Shown: one piece after another, positions 41,797 to 51,290 of the stretch
Layout: each line of letters opens with the position of its first letter
How positions within the stretch are numbered: position 1 is the stretch's first letter
Program-made: the position numbers and the translations under genes
The notes under the pieces: generated by a model
Databases searched by the model: none
What the model was told of the DNA's origin: nothing
Seen by the model: the letters and a program-made list of their open reading frames with translations, nothing else
Source of the DNA: Deinococcus sp.
Lineage (GTDB): Bacteria; Deinococcota; Deinococci; Deinococcales; Deinococcaceae
Reading direction: 5' to 3'
DNA: 64,000 nucleotides
Assembly: GCA_965261005.1 (NCBI GenBank)
Contig: OZ253376.1
Coordinates: 224,001-288,000 of the forward strand

Positions 41797-41927
41797 GTTA
41801 TCGGTAGATTATGGATTGGATGGCGCCCTGTCAATCCGCGTCTCTCCATAAAATGACGCAATAGCGGCACCCAAACTCCTGCCCCGGCTTGACAATAGTT
41901 CAACCAGCTCCTAGATTACCGATAATC
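41797..41927. promoter_or_regulatory. Divergent sigma-70 promoters, each with a candidate GntR operator
   Basis: Minus: TTGACA(41834-29)-17-TAATCT(41811-06). Plus: TTGACA(41889)-17-TAGATT(41912). TACCGATAA follows each -10. Confidence 0.75.
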
Positions 41928-42003
41928 AAAACTTGAAGGAGGAATTCGGAATGCTGCCGGATCAGATGCTCTGCCAAGTGCTCGTCGTGCCGCCAGGAGG
42001 CGC

Positions 42004-42984
42004 GTGAAACGTTCCCCATCGGTCCAGAACGTCGCTGCGACAGTCCGTCCCCGGCGCGCCCTGCCGCAGGAATCCGGGGTGGCGCTCGCGCTGATCGTGC
42101 TGGTGGTGGTGCTGTCGCTGCTCTCGCCGTACTTTTTCAATTCGGGCAACATCCTCAACGTGCTGCGCGGCATGTCAATTGTGGTGATCCTGGCGCTGGG
42201 GCAGACCCTGGTCATCATCACCGGCGGCATCGACCTGTCGGTCGGTTCGGTGCTGGCGCTCTCCAGCATTTCCGCCGCCGCGCTGATGAGCAATCTGGGC
42301 GTGAATCCCGCCCTCGCGGCGCTGCTGGGAATCGGGGTGGGGGCGCTCTGCGGGGCCGTCAACGGCCTGCTGATCACGCGCGCCCGCATCGCCCCCTTTA
42401 TCGTCACGCTGGGCATGCTGTCCGTCGCGCGCGGCCTGACCTACCTGATTTCCAACGGCTCCAACATTCCCCTCAAGCCGGGGGTGGCGTATCTGGGCAA
42501 CGGCTATCTCGGCCCCATTCCCCTGCCGGTGATCGAGATGTTCGCGCTGCTCGCGCTGATGGCCTTTCTGACCAACAGGACCGTCTTCGGACGTCAGGTG
42601 TACGCCACCGGATCCAACGAGCGCGCCGCGCGCCTCAGCGGGGTCAACATCGACCGCGTGCGCCTGCTGGTCTACGTCCTGATGGGCGCTCTGGCAGGCG
42701 TCGCGGGCCTGATCAACGCGGGAACGCTGGCCACCGCCGCCGTTTCCGACGGTCAGGGCATCGAACTCGACGTGATCGCCGCCGTCGTGATCGGCGGGGC
42801 GAGTTTGGCCGGAGGTCAGGGCAGCGTGCTGGGCGCGCTGCTGGGCGCGGCCATTCTCGCCGTGCTGCGCAACGGCTTCGTGCTGCTCAACTTTCCACTT
42901 CAGTTGCAGACCGTCACCATCGGCGTCGTGATCGTCCTCGCGGTCGGCATCGACCAGCTGCGCCAGCGGGGGCGCCCACGTTGA
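42004..42984 (+). CDS. Monosaccharide ABC permease (RbsC-like)
   Basis: GGIDLSVG, GSNERAARLSG and ELDVIAAVVIGG. Confidence 0.93.
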   Translation: MKRSPSVQNVAATVRPRRALPQESGVALALIVLVVVLSLLSPYFFNSGNILNVLRGMSIVVILALGQTLVIITGGIDLSVGSVLALSSISAAALMSNLGVNPALAALLGIGVGALCGAVNGLLITRARIAPFIVTLGMLSVARGLTYLISNGSNIPLKPGVAYLGNGYLGPIPLPVIEMFALLALMAFLTNRTVFGRQVYATGSNERAARLSGVNIDRVRLLVYVLMGALAGVAGLINAGTLATAAVSDGQGIELDVIAAVVIGGASLAGGQGSVLGALLGAAILAVLRNGFVLLNFPLQLQTVTIGVVIVLAVGIDQLRQRGRPR

Positions 42985-43030
42985 CCTGTCCGCCCGTCCA
43001 CCCCGCCCGCCCACTGCCTTGGAGGAACGT

Positions 43031-44014
43031 ATGAACAGGAAGAAGATCGCACTGCTCAGCCTCGCCGCCGTCACCGCCGCCCTCGCCCAGACCGTCAGCA
43101 CCAAGCTGGACAAGAACGGCCACGCCATGCCGGTAACCCAGGCGGCCAAGAAGCCGCTGAAAATCGCCGTGATCGGCCTGGAGAACAACCCCTTCTGGAC
43201 CCCCGTCAAGGAGGGCGCCCAGGCGGCGAACGCCGAACTCAAGAAGCTGAATGCCCGCGTGGACTGGATCGTGCCGGCGCAGGACTTCGACGCCCGCGCC
43301 TTCGGACAGGCCATTCAGACCGCCGTAACTCAGCAGTACGACGCCATCGCCACCATCGCTCCCAACGAGGGCGTCATCCCCTTCATCGACGCCGCCGTCA
43401 AGGCGGGCGTTCCGGTGGCGACGTTCAACAGCGAGACCAACGGCAAGAGCGCCCGGCTCTTCTTCGTGGGCCAGGACCTGTTCGCGGCGGGCAAGGTGGC
43501 GGGGCAGACCATGTGCAAGGCCATCGGCAACAAGGGCAAGGTCGGCGTGATCACCGGCTTCCTGACCGTCGAAGCGCACGAGTTGCGCCGCACCGGCTTC
43601 CTGGAAGGACTCAAGGCCTGCCCCGCCGTCAAGGTCGTCGGCACCACCGAGAACCACGATCAGGGGACGGAGGCCTACACCATCGCCAAGAACTACCTGA
43701 CGGCCAACCCGGACCTTGCGGGCATCTACGTCACGGCGGGCGGTCCCTTCGGGGCGGGTCAGGCCGTGCGCGAGTCGAAGAAGAACGTCAAGGTGGTGTC
43801 CTTTGACTTCGTGGACGAGACGATGCGCGAGGTCAGCCAAGGCGGCATCTACGCCACCATCGGTCAGGACCCCTACGCGCAGGGCCACGACCCGGCCATC
43901 CGGCTCTATAACCTGCTGGTGGCGGACGTCAAACCAGAAAGCGCCAAGCTGTTTACCAAGGCCGACGTGGTGACCAAGGCGAACCTGAGCAGTTTCTGGA
44001 AGCCCAAGCAATAA
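43031..44014 (+). CDS. Monosaccharide ABC substrate-binding protein
   Basis: Signal peptide, NPFW and ATIGQDPYAQG. Confidence 0.9.
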   Translation: MNRKKIALLSLAAVTAALAQTVSTKLDKNGHAMPVTQAAKKPLKIAVIGLENNPFWTPVKEGAQAANAELKKLNARVDWIVPAQDFDARAFGQAIQTAVTQQYDAIATIAPNEGVIPFIDAAVKAGVPVATFNSETNGKSARLFFVGQDLFAAGKVAGQTMCKAIGNKGKVGVITGFLTVEAHELRRTGFLEGLKACPAVKVVGTTENHDQGTEAYTIAKNYLTANPDLAGIYVTAGGPFGAGQAVRESKKNVKVVSFDFVDETMREVSQGGIYATIGQDPYAQGHDPAIRLYNLLVADVKPESAKLFTKADVVTKANLSSFWKPKQ

Positions 44015-44062
44015 GGTCAAGCCCAGCGCCAGCAGCCTTTTGGATAAGGACGTCACCGGAAT

Positions 44063-44088
44063 GCTGGTTTCCGGTGATCGTCTTTTTT
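44063..44088 (+). terminator. Intrinsic terminator-like hairpin after substrate-binding gene (stem starts near 44053)
   Basis: TCACCGGAA...TTCCGGTGA followed by a T-tract. Confidence 0.5.
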
Positions 44089-44158
44089 AGAGAGCCAGAC
44101 CATTGCGATAGGGAGGTCTACACGCCCTCCCGCCTGAAGCCCACACGCGGAGCAACCG

Positions 44159-45670
44159 ATGACCGATACCACTGGTACACCTTCCGAACCGTCCCCACCC
44201 ATTCTGACCATGCGCGGGGTCACCAAGAGTTTCGGCGGCGTGGCCGCCCTGCGCGCGGGCCGCATCGAGGTGCGGGCGGGCGAGGTGCACGCCCTGATGG
44301 GGGAAAATGGGGCTGGAAAAAGCACGTTGATGAACGTTCTGGCCGGGGTTGTCCGGCGCGACGGCGGAGAGGTGCGGTGGCTCGGCCAGCCCTTCGACCC
44401 GCGCACACCGGTGGACTCGCAGCGCGCGGGCATCAGCATGATTCACCAAGAGCGGACCGTGATGCCGCACCTGAGCGTGGCCGAGAATCTCCTGATGGCT
44501 CACCTGCCCGCTTCGCGCGGCGTCGTGCGGCAGGGGGAGATGCGGCGGCGGGCACGTGACCTGCTGGAGCGCGTGGGCCTGAACTTCGGGCCGGACCGGA
44601 ACGTGTCCACGCTCTCCACCGCAGAACGTCAGCTCCTTGAGATCGCCCGCGCCCTGGGGGCGGACGCCCGGCTGATCATCATGGACGAACCCAATTCGAG
44701 CCTGACCCCCAGCGAGAGTCAGCTCCTGTTCTCGGCCATCGAGCGCCTGAAAGCGCAGCAGATCGCGGTGGTGTACGTCTCTCACCGCCTGCCGGATGTC
44801 CTGAGGCTCGCGGACCGGGTCACGGTGATGCGCGACGGGCAGTACATCGGCACGCTGGACCAGGGCGAGGCGTCCGGCGACACCCTGGTCACCATGATGG
44901 TCGGACGTGAACTGGCCCGGCGTGAACGCCGGACGCGGACGCCCGGCGAGGTCGTGCTGCAAGTCGATGACCTGAGCTGCCCGCCCCTGACCCACCACGT
45001 CAGCTTCGAGCTGCGCGCGGGCGAGGTGCTGGGTCTGGCGGGCCTGGTAGGCGCGGGCCGCTCGGAGCTGGCCCAGGTGCTGTTCGGCCTGACGCCGGCG
45101 ACCTCGGGCCGCATCGTGCTGAACGGGCAGCCTGTCGTCGTCCGCAGCCCGGAACAGGCCATGCATCTCGGCATCGGCATGGTGCCCGAGGACCGCCGCG
45201 ACCTGGGCCTGTTCCCGGAGCTGAGCGTGCGGCAAAACCTGACCCTGGCCGCCTTGCCACGGCTGTCACGCAGCGGCGTCCTGATGAGCAACGCCGAGCG
45301 CGACATGGTCGGGCAGTTCACCGAACAGCTCCGCATTCGCACGCCGCACGCCGAGCAGGCGGTTTCGGCCTTGTCGGGCGGCAACCAGCAGAAGGTGGTC
45401 CTGGCCCGCAGCTTGTCCCTGAAACCGCGCGTCCTGATCCTCGACGAGCCGACCCACGGGGTGGACGTGGGGGCCAAGGCGGAAATCTACGCGTTGATGG
45501 ACGACCTGGTCGCCGGAGGCGTGGCGATCCTGCTGATCTCCTCGGACCTCGAGGAACTGATGCAGCTGTCGGACAGGGTGCTGGTCATGCGGGAGGCCCG
45601 GATCGTGGGAGAAGTTGGGGCTGAGGAGTTTTCCGAAGACCGCATCATCGGTCTGGCCGTGAGCGCCTGA
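44159..45670 (+). CDS. Monosaccharide ABC ATP-binding protein (RbsA-like)
   Basis: GENGAGKS, LSGGNQQK and DEPT; two ATPase halves. Confidence 0.93.
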   Translation: MTDTTGTPSEPSPPILTMRGVTKSFGGVAALRAGRIEVRAGEVHALMGENGAGKSTLMNVLAGVVRRDGGEVRWLGQPFDPRTPVDSQRAGISMIHQERTVMPHLSVAENLLMAHLPASRGVVRQGEMRRRARDLLERVGLNFGPDRNVSTLSTAERQLLEIARALGADARLIIMDEPNSSLTPSESQLLFSAIERLKAQQIAVVYVSHRLPDVLRLADRVTVMRDGQYIGTLDQGEASGDTLVTMMVGRELARRERRTRTPGEVVLQVDDLSCPPLTHHVSFELRAGEVLGLAGLVGAGRSELAQVLFGLTPATSGRIVLNGQPVVVRSPEQAMHLGIGMVPEDRRDLGLFPELSVRQNLTLAALPRLSRSGVLMSNAERDMVGQFTEQLRIRTPHAEQAVSALSGGNQQKVVLARSLSLKPRVLILDEPTHGVDVGAKAEIYALMDDLVAGGVAILLISSDLEELMQLSDRVLVMREARIVGEVGAEEFSEDRIIGLAVSA

Positions 45671-45686
45671 AGCCAAACTGGTTTTA

Positions 45687-45937
45687 ATACGGATTCCGCT
45701 TCCTTCCTCAACATCGGGAAAAACGCCTGATGTTGCTCCAGACTGTAGAATCCGTATCCTTTTCCCATCCTTTCCACTGGAAACTGAGTCAACGAAGTTG
45801 ACTCAGTTTCCGGAATCCGTATTTTCTTATCCTCGCTCCGCGTCTTCTTGGCCAAAATAGCGCCCGTCTTGGGCAGAACGGCGCCTTCCGGGCCTGCCCG
45901 CTCGGATTCGTCTTCGACTCATCTTAAGTTCGTATCA
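45687..45937. repeat. Composite small non-coding repeat cluster between convergent operons
   Basis: ATACGGATTCCG with GAATCCGTAT twice, hairpin GGAAACTGAGTCAAC-GAA-GTTGACTCAGTTTCC, and a tail shared with 12120-12156. Confidence 0.75.
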
Positions 45938-45948
45938 CTTTGCCCACT

Positions 45949-46983
45949 TCAACGGGTCAGCGTCACCTTGTGCAGCGAGGGCGGGGCGTCGGGGTCGAGG
46001 CCGCGCGCCAAGGCGAGGTGGCCGGCCAGCAGGTACAGCGCCAAAATGGAGGCGGCCGGGTCGGTCAGGCGGTGGCCGGACGGCGGGGTCAGCAGCCGCA
46101 CCGGCGCGGTGAGCGGGGCGTCGGCGCCGATCAGGAGCAGCTCGGCCTGCTTTTTCTCCAGGTCCCGGTAAGTCTCCAGCGTCAGGGGCGCCGCCGCGTC
46201 GCGCGACTGAAAGGCGACGATAGGAAAGCCGCTCTCCACGATGCGCACCGGGCCGTGCGCGAACTCGGCGCTGGAGTAGGCCTCGGCCAGGATGGCGCAA
46301 GTTTCCTTGAGCTTGAGGGCCGCCTCCAGCGCCACGCCGAAGTGCAGCCCGCGCCCCAACACGACCATCTGCCGCGCGTAGCGGTAGCGCTCGGCACGCT
46401 CACGGGCGGTCGGTTCGGTGTGCAGGGCCAGTTGAAGCGTTTCCGGCAACCGTTCGAGGGCGCCGTCCAGCGCCGGGTCCGGCCGCAACTGGGCGATCAG
46501 CTGCCAAGCTGCAACCAAGCTGGCGACAAAGCTCTTGGTGGCCGCGACGGCTTGCTCCTCGCCCGCGCGCAACGGCAGCACGAACTCGGCCGCCTTTGCC
46601 AGCGGCGAGTCCTCCACGTTGACCAAAGCGACCGTCAGCGCCCCGGCCCCCCGCGCCGCCGCCACCGTCTCCACCACGTCCGGCGAGGCGCCCGACTGCG
46701 AGATGGCCACGACCAGGGCGCCGTCCAGCGCGAGGGGCTGACCATAGACCGTCGTGACCGACGGGGCGGCCCCCGCCACCGGCAAGCCGAGCTGGGTCTC
46801 CAGGGCGTACTTGAGGACGCCCGCGGCGTGGTCGCTCGAACCACGCGCCACGGTCATGGCGAAGCGCGGCGGACGCGCCGCGATGGCCCGCGCCACCTCC
46901 CGCACCATGCCGGCGTTTTCGCGCAGCAGGCGCTCCACGATTCGTGGCGTCTCGCGGGTCTCTTGCAGCATCAGCGGGTCCAT
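45949..46983 (-). CDS. SIS-domain glucosamine-6-phosphate deaminase (GlmS C-terminal-like)
   Basis: ARGSSDHA, ISQSGASPD, EAALKLKE, EFAHGP and PPSLHKVT. Confidence 0.88.
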   Translation of the reverse strand: MDPLMLQETRETPRIVERLLRENAGMVREVARAIAARPPRFAMTVARGSSDHAAGVLKYALETQLGLPVAGAAPSVTTVYGQPLALDGALVVAISQSGASPDVVETVAAARGAGALTVALVNVEDSPLAKAAEFVLPLRAGEEQAVAATKSFVASLVAAWQLIAQLRPDPALDGALERLPETLQLALHTEPTARERAERYRYARQMVVLGRGLHFGVALEAALKLKETCAILAEAYSSAEFAHGPVRIVESGFPIVAFQSRDAAAPLTLETYRDLEKKQAELLLIGADAPLTAPVRLLTPPSGHRLTDPAASILALYLLAGHLALARGLDPDAPPSLHKVTLTR

Positions 46984-46985
46984 TG

Positions 46986-48086
46986 TCACGCGATTCTCTC
47001 TCCCTTCACCCAGACCTCGCTCACCGTCAGGTCCGGGTCCAGCACCACCAAGTCGGCCCGCAGCCCTACCCCCAGCCGGCCACGGTCGCGCAGGCCCAGG
47101 TAGCGGGCCGGCACCTCGCCGAGCATCCGGGCGGCCCCTTCCAGCGGCAAGCCGCACCCGACGGCGTTTCTGAGGGCGGCGTCCAGCGTGAGCACGCTGC
47201 CCGCCAAGCCGCCGTTCTCCAGCGTGGCCCGCCCGTTCTGCACGCTCACCTTCTGCCCGCCCAGCTCGCTCTCTCCGTCCCCCAGCCCCGCCGCGCGCAT
47301 GGCGTCGGTGATCAGCAGCAGCCGCTCTCCCAGCGCGGCGTGGGCGCTCAAGAACGAGCCGGGGTGGACGTGGTGAAGGTCGAGGATCAGCTCGGCGTAC
47401 CCGTGCGGGTCCGAAAGAACCGCCCCGACCATGCCCGGCTCGCGCCCGCTCAGGCCGCCCATCGCGTTGTAGAGGTGGGTCGCGCCGTGGATACCGCCCG
47501 CAGCGCGCACGACCTCCATCGCCGCCCGCGCCCCCTGATATGTCGCGGCGGTGTGGCCCAGGCTGACCCGCACGCACGCCCGCGCAAATTGGCGGGCAGC
47601 CTCTGGGGCGCACTCGATCTCGGGCGCCAGGGTCACGACCCGCACGACGTCCAGCGCCAGCACCCCCGCCACGCGCTCATCCGTCGGAATCAAGGCGTGC
47701 GGCGGCTGCGCGCCGAGCTTGTGCGGGCTGATAAAGGGGCCTTCCAGGTGGGCGCCCAGCACGTCGGCGCCATCCCTTACCCCGCGCGAACGGACCTCGG
47801 CCACCCCGTGCAGGGCGGCGAGCACGTCCGGCCACGGGGCGGTGATGGTGGTCGGCAGCAAGCTGGTGGTGCCGTGCCGGGCGTGAAAGCGCGCGAGGGT
47901 GTTCACGCCCCCCGGGCCGTCCATGCTGTCCCCGCCGCCGCCGCCGTGAACGTGAACGTCGATAAAGCCGGGCAGGATGAACCGATCCGGCGCCGAACCG
48001 GGTTCGACACCCTCGATGACTTCCCCAAAGCTCAAGGCGCCGCCCACAAAACCCCCTGGCGTCAACACCTGCCCGGCCAGCCTCAC
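46986..48086 (-). CDS. nagA: N-acetylglucosamine-6-phosphate deacetylase
   Basis: PGFIDVHVHG, HLEGPF, THLYNAM, ITDAM and LAGSVLT. Confidence 0.93.
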   Translation of the reverse strand: MRLAGQVLTPGGFVGGALSFGEVIEGVEPGSAPDRFILPGFIDVHVHGGGGGDSMDGPGGVNTLARFHARHGTTSLLPTTITAPWPDVLAALHGVAEVRSRGVRDGADVLGAHLEGPFISPHKLGAQPPHALIPTDERVAGVLALDVVRVVTLAPEIECAPEAARQFARACVRVSLGHTAATYQGARAAMEVVRAAGGIHGATHLYNAMGGLSGREPGMVGAVLSDPHGYAELILDLHHVHPGSFLSAHAALGERLLLITDAMRAAGLGDGESELGGQKVSVQNGRATLENGGLAGSVLTLDAALRNAVGCGLPLEGAARMLGEVPARYLGLRDRGRLGVGLRADLVVLDPDLTVSEVWVKGERIA

Positions 48087-48973
48087 TTGACCGCCCCCTC
48101 CAAGCCGCGCATAAAGAACTTCTGCGCCGCCACGAAGATCAACAGCACCGGCAGCATCATGAACAAACTGCCCGCCGCGACGTTGAAGGGGTCGTAGTTG
48201 AACTGTCCCTTCAGCTTGAGGACCGCGACGCTGAGGGGCGCCAGGTTCGGCGCCGTGCTGAGGACCAGCATCGGCCAGAAGTAAGCGTTCCAGGCCGCGA
48301 CCAGGGTGATGATGCCCAGGGCGATCTGCGAGGGCACCGTCAGCGGCAACATCACCCGCCACAGAATCTGGGTCTCGCTCGCCCCGTCGAGCCGCGCCGC
48401 CTCCAGCAGCGCCCCCGGCACCGTCAGAAACGCTTGGCGCATCAAAAAGATGCCAAAGGCGCTGGCGACGCCCGGCAGCACCACGCCGAGGTGGGTGCCC
48501 AGCAGGTGCAGCTTTTGCAGCGTGAGCGTGTTGACGATGAAGTTGGTCTCGGTCGGCAGCACCAAGGTGGCGATGATGACGCCGAACAGAATGTTCTTGC
48601 CGGGAAAGCGGAAGCGCGCGAGGGGATAGGCCGCCAAGGACGAGATCAGCAGCGTGCCGACAATGGTCATGGCCGTGATCGAGACGCTGTTCCAGACGTA
48701 CTTGCCGAGGCTGAAGGTGTGGAAGACCTCGGCGAAGTTGTCGAAAGTGACGCGCTTCGGAAACAGGCTCGCCGGGAAGTCGTAGATGCTGACGCCGCCG
48801 GTCGCCCCCTTGTCGGTCAGGGCGATGGCCAGCGTCCAGACGAAGGGAAAGATCGCGAAAATCAGGATAAGAGAGAGCAGCGCGTACTGGCCGAGGGTGC
48901 CCAGTCCCCTGCGCAGCCGCCGGTTCGGGCGCCGTGCGGCCCCCGCGCGCGCGCGCTCCAAAGTCGCGCTCAC
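48083..48973 (-). CDS. Carbohydrate ABC permease (MalG-like)
   Basis: EAARLDGA loop and WNAYFWP. Confidence 0.92.
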   Translation of the reverse strand: MSATLERARAGAARRPNRRLRRGLGTLGQYALLSLILIFAIFPFVWTLAIALTDKGATGGVSIYDFPASLFPKRVTFDNFAEVFHTFSLGKYVWNSVSITAMTIVGTLLISSLAAYPLARFRFPGKNILFGVIIATLVLPTETNFIVNTLTLQKLHLLGTHLGVVLPGVASAFGIFLMRQAFLTVPGALLEAARLDGASETQILWRVMLPLTVPSQIALGIITLVAAWNAYFWPMLVLSTAPNLAPLSVAVLKLKGQFNYDPFNVAAGSLFMMLPVLLIFVAAQKFFMRGLEGAVK

Positions 48974-49872
48974 GAGTGCGCCCCCGCGTCACGGAAGAAG
49001 CGGAAGTTGAGCGCCGACAGCAGCAGCGCCACCAAGGCCACGACCAGCCCCGCCGCCGAGGCGAGGCCGTAGTCGAAGTTAAAGCCCTGAAAGGCCTTGC
49101 TGTACACGTACATCAGCGCGGTGTAGGTGGAGTTGAGCGGCCCGCCGTTCGTCAGCACCAGAATTTCTTCCAAGGCGCGCACGGCGGAGATGGTGGACAG
49201 CAGGCTGCACAGCAGAATGGTCGGCCGCATCATCGGCACGGTCACGCGCCAAAAGACCTGCCACTTGGTCGCGCCGTCGAGGCGGGCCGCCTCTTCAAGC
49301 TCTGAGGGAATGCTTTGCAGCCCGGCCAGGTACAGCACCATGTAGTAGCCGAGGCCGCGCCAAAAGGTGACCAGCAAAATGGCGTAAAAGGCGGTGTCGG
49401 GGTTGTCGAGCCAGCCGAAGGTTTGGTTCGGGCGCAGGATGTGCAGGCCGGTCAGCAGCCAGTTGAGGGTGCCGTTCTTGTCGTAGACCCAGTTCCACAT
49501 CACGGCTGCCAGCGAGATGGACGTGACGACCGGCACGTAGAACGCCCCGCGAAAAAAGGCGATGCCCGGCAGCGAGCGGTTCACCAGCACCGCCGCCGCC
49601 AGCGAGGCCAGTTGTAGGGCCGGCACCACCAGCAGGTAGCGCACTGAGTTCCACAGCCCGGTCAGAAAGAGGGGATCGCGCGCCAAGGTGTAAAAGTTAG
49701 CCAGCCCGACGAACTTGGGCGGCAAGCCCTGCCCGAAGCGTGCCCCGTTGTACTCGGTGAGGCTCAGGTAGGTGCCGCGCAGCATCGGGTAAAAGGTGAA
49801 CAGCGTCAGCAGAATCAGCGCCGGCGCCAAAAAGGCGTAGGAGACCAGGGCGTCCCGCGTCGAGGACCTCAT
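48970..49872 (-). CDS. Carbohydrate ABC permease (MalF-like)
   Basis: FVGLANF and LAGLQSIP...EEAARLDGA. Confidence 0.92.
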   Translation of the reverse strand: MRSSTRDALVSYAFLAPALILLTLFTFYPMLRGTYLSLTEYNGARFGQGLPPKFVGLANFYTLARDPLFLTGLWNSVRYLLVVPALQLASLAAAVLVNRSLPGIAFFRGAFYVPVVTSISLAAVMWNWVYDKNGTLNWLLTGLHILRPNQTFGWLDNPDTAFYAILLVTFWRGLGYYMVLYLAGLQSIPSELEEAARLDGATKWQVFWRVTVPMMRPTILLCSLLSTISAVRALEEILVLTNGGPLNSTYTALMYVYSKAFQGFNFDYGLASAAGLVVALVALLLSALNFRFFRDAGAHS

Positions 49873-49903
49873 CGCTTCCTCCAAGAAAAAGGGGTGAAAA
49901 GCT

Positions 49904-49944
49904 CCCCTCTCCCCGTGCGGGAGAGGGGTCGGGGGTGAGGGGGC
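49904..49944. repeat. REP-like hairpin
   Basis: CCCCTCTCCC-CGTGC-GGGAGAGGGG followed by TCGGGGGTGAGG. Confidence 0.55.
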
Positions 49945-49992
49945 CACCGTTTTCGGTCCAACCGGCCAGCCTCCGACTTGTCAGCCTCCGGC

Positions 49993-51249
49993 TTACTTCG
50001 CGTTGGTGTTCCAGTAAGCGACCGCGTCGTTTAGCGCCTGCTGGGCGGTCTTCTTGCCGAGAACCGCCGCCTCGACGTTGTCGTTGAAGTTCTTGTAGAT
50101 GTCGTCGGAGTTCTTGGGGGCGCTCCAGCCGGGATTGATCAGGCGGCCCGACGCGCCAATCATGCTGGTCGCTTGGGCGATGGGGTCGCCGCCCTTTTGC
50201 TTGAAGAAGGGGTCACCCTGCGCGGCCTTGGTCGTCGGCACCACTGGCACGACCTTGGCAAAGGCGATCTGGTTGGCGTTGTTGGTGATAAAGGCCGCGA
50301 ACTTGGCCGCCTCGGCGGGATGCTTGGAGGCGGTCGGAATCACCAACCCCATGCTGCCGCCGGTCTGGCGGTTCGCCCGCCCCAGCGGCGCGTCGGCGAG
50401 GCCCACCTTGGCGTAGAGGTCCGCGTTGTTGTCCTTGATGCGCGTCAGCGCCTGCGGCCCGCCGATGATCATGGCGGCCTTGCCCTGGCCGTACAGCTCG
50501 GTGGCGACTTGGAACGCCTCGCGGCGCAGCGAGTCCTGCGGGGCGTAGCCGGCCTTGTAGTAGTCCACGTACTGTTGCAGCAGCGCGGCGTGCGCGGGCG
50601 TGTTGAAGGCGGCCTTGCCGCTGGCGTCGTAGATCGGCAGGCCGTCCTCGTAGAAGTAGCCCAGGAACGAGGCGGTGTTGGGGTCTTTGTAGGCGGGCAC
50701 CCAGCCGTAGGCGCCGGTCTTGTCCTTGATGATCTTGGCGGCGCTCATCAGTTCGCTGAGCGTTTTCGGCGTGCCGCTCAGGCCGGCCTTTTTGAAGAGG
50801 TCGGGGTTGTACAGCAGCACCCCCTCGTTGAGCCAGCCGTACCACGGGTAGGCGTAGGTCTTGCCGCCGGTCGTGAAGTTGGTGAGCGCGTTGGGGTAGT
50901 AGGTGTTCTTGAGCGCGGTCTGGCTGGTCAGGGTACCGACGGGACGCAAAAAGCCGTTCTGGGCGGCCTTGGCGGTCTCGTCGATGTTGAGGTTGACCAC
51001 GTCGGGCGCGTTGCCGAGGTTCACGCTGGCGATGAAGTCCTGCACCATCGAGTCCTGCTTGTCAAACCAGTTGACCTTGATGTTCGGGTTCTGCTTCTCA
51101 AAGGCGGCGATGGTGTCCCTCAGATAGCCGTCGAACTTGGGGCTGAGGTACCACGACCAGAAGGTGATCTCGGTCGGCTTTTGGGCGAAGGCGAGGGTGG
51201 CCCCCAGGGCGAGGGTGAGCGCGAGCGTCCGTTTCATGCCTGATTTCAT
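49993..51249 (-). CDS. Carbohydrate ABC substrate-binding protein (family 1)
   Basis: Signal peptide, ITFWSW, APDVV and YAYPWY. Confidence 0.9.
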   Translation of the reverse strand: MKSGMKRTLALTLALGATLAFAQKPTEITFWSWYLSPKFDGYLRDTIAAFEKQNPNIKVNWFDKQDSMVQDFIASVNLGNAPDVVNLNIDETAKAAQNGFLRPVGTLTSQTALKNTYYPNALTNFTTGGKTYAYPWYGWLNEGVLLYNPDLFKKAGLSGTPKTLSELMSAAKIIKDKTGAYGWVPAYKDPNTASFLGYFYEDGLPIYDASGKAAFNTPAHAALLQQYVDYYKAGYAPQDSLRREAFQVATELYGQGKAAMIIGGPQALTRIKDNNADLYAKVGLADAPLGRANRQTGGSMGLVIPTASKHPAEAAKFAAFITNNANQIAFAKVVPVVPTTKAAQGDPFFKQKGGDPIAQATSMIGASGRLINPGWSAPKNSDDIYKNFNDNVEAAVLGKKTAQQALNDAVAYWNTNAK

Positions 51250-51290
51250 AACTGCCTCCTGTCGAGAACTTCTTGCCGAGAACTGCTTGC

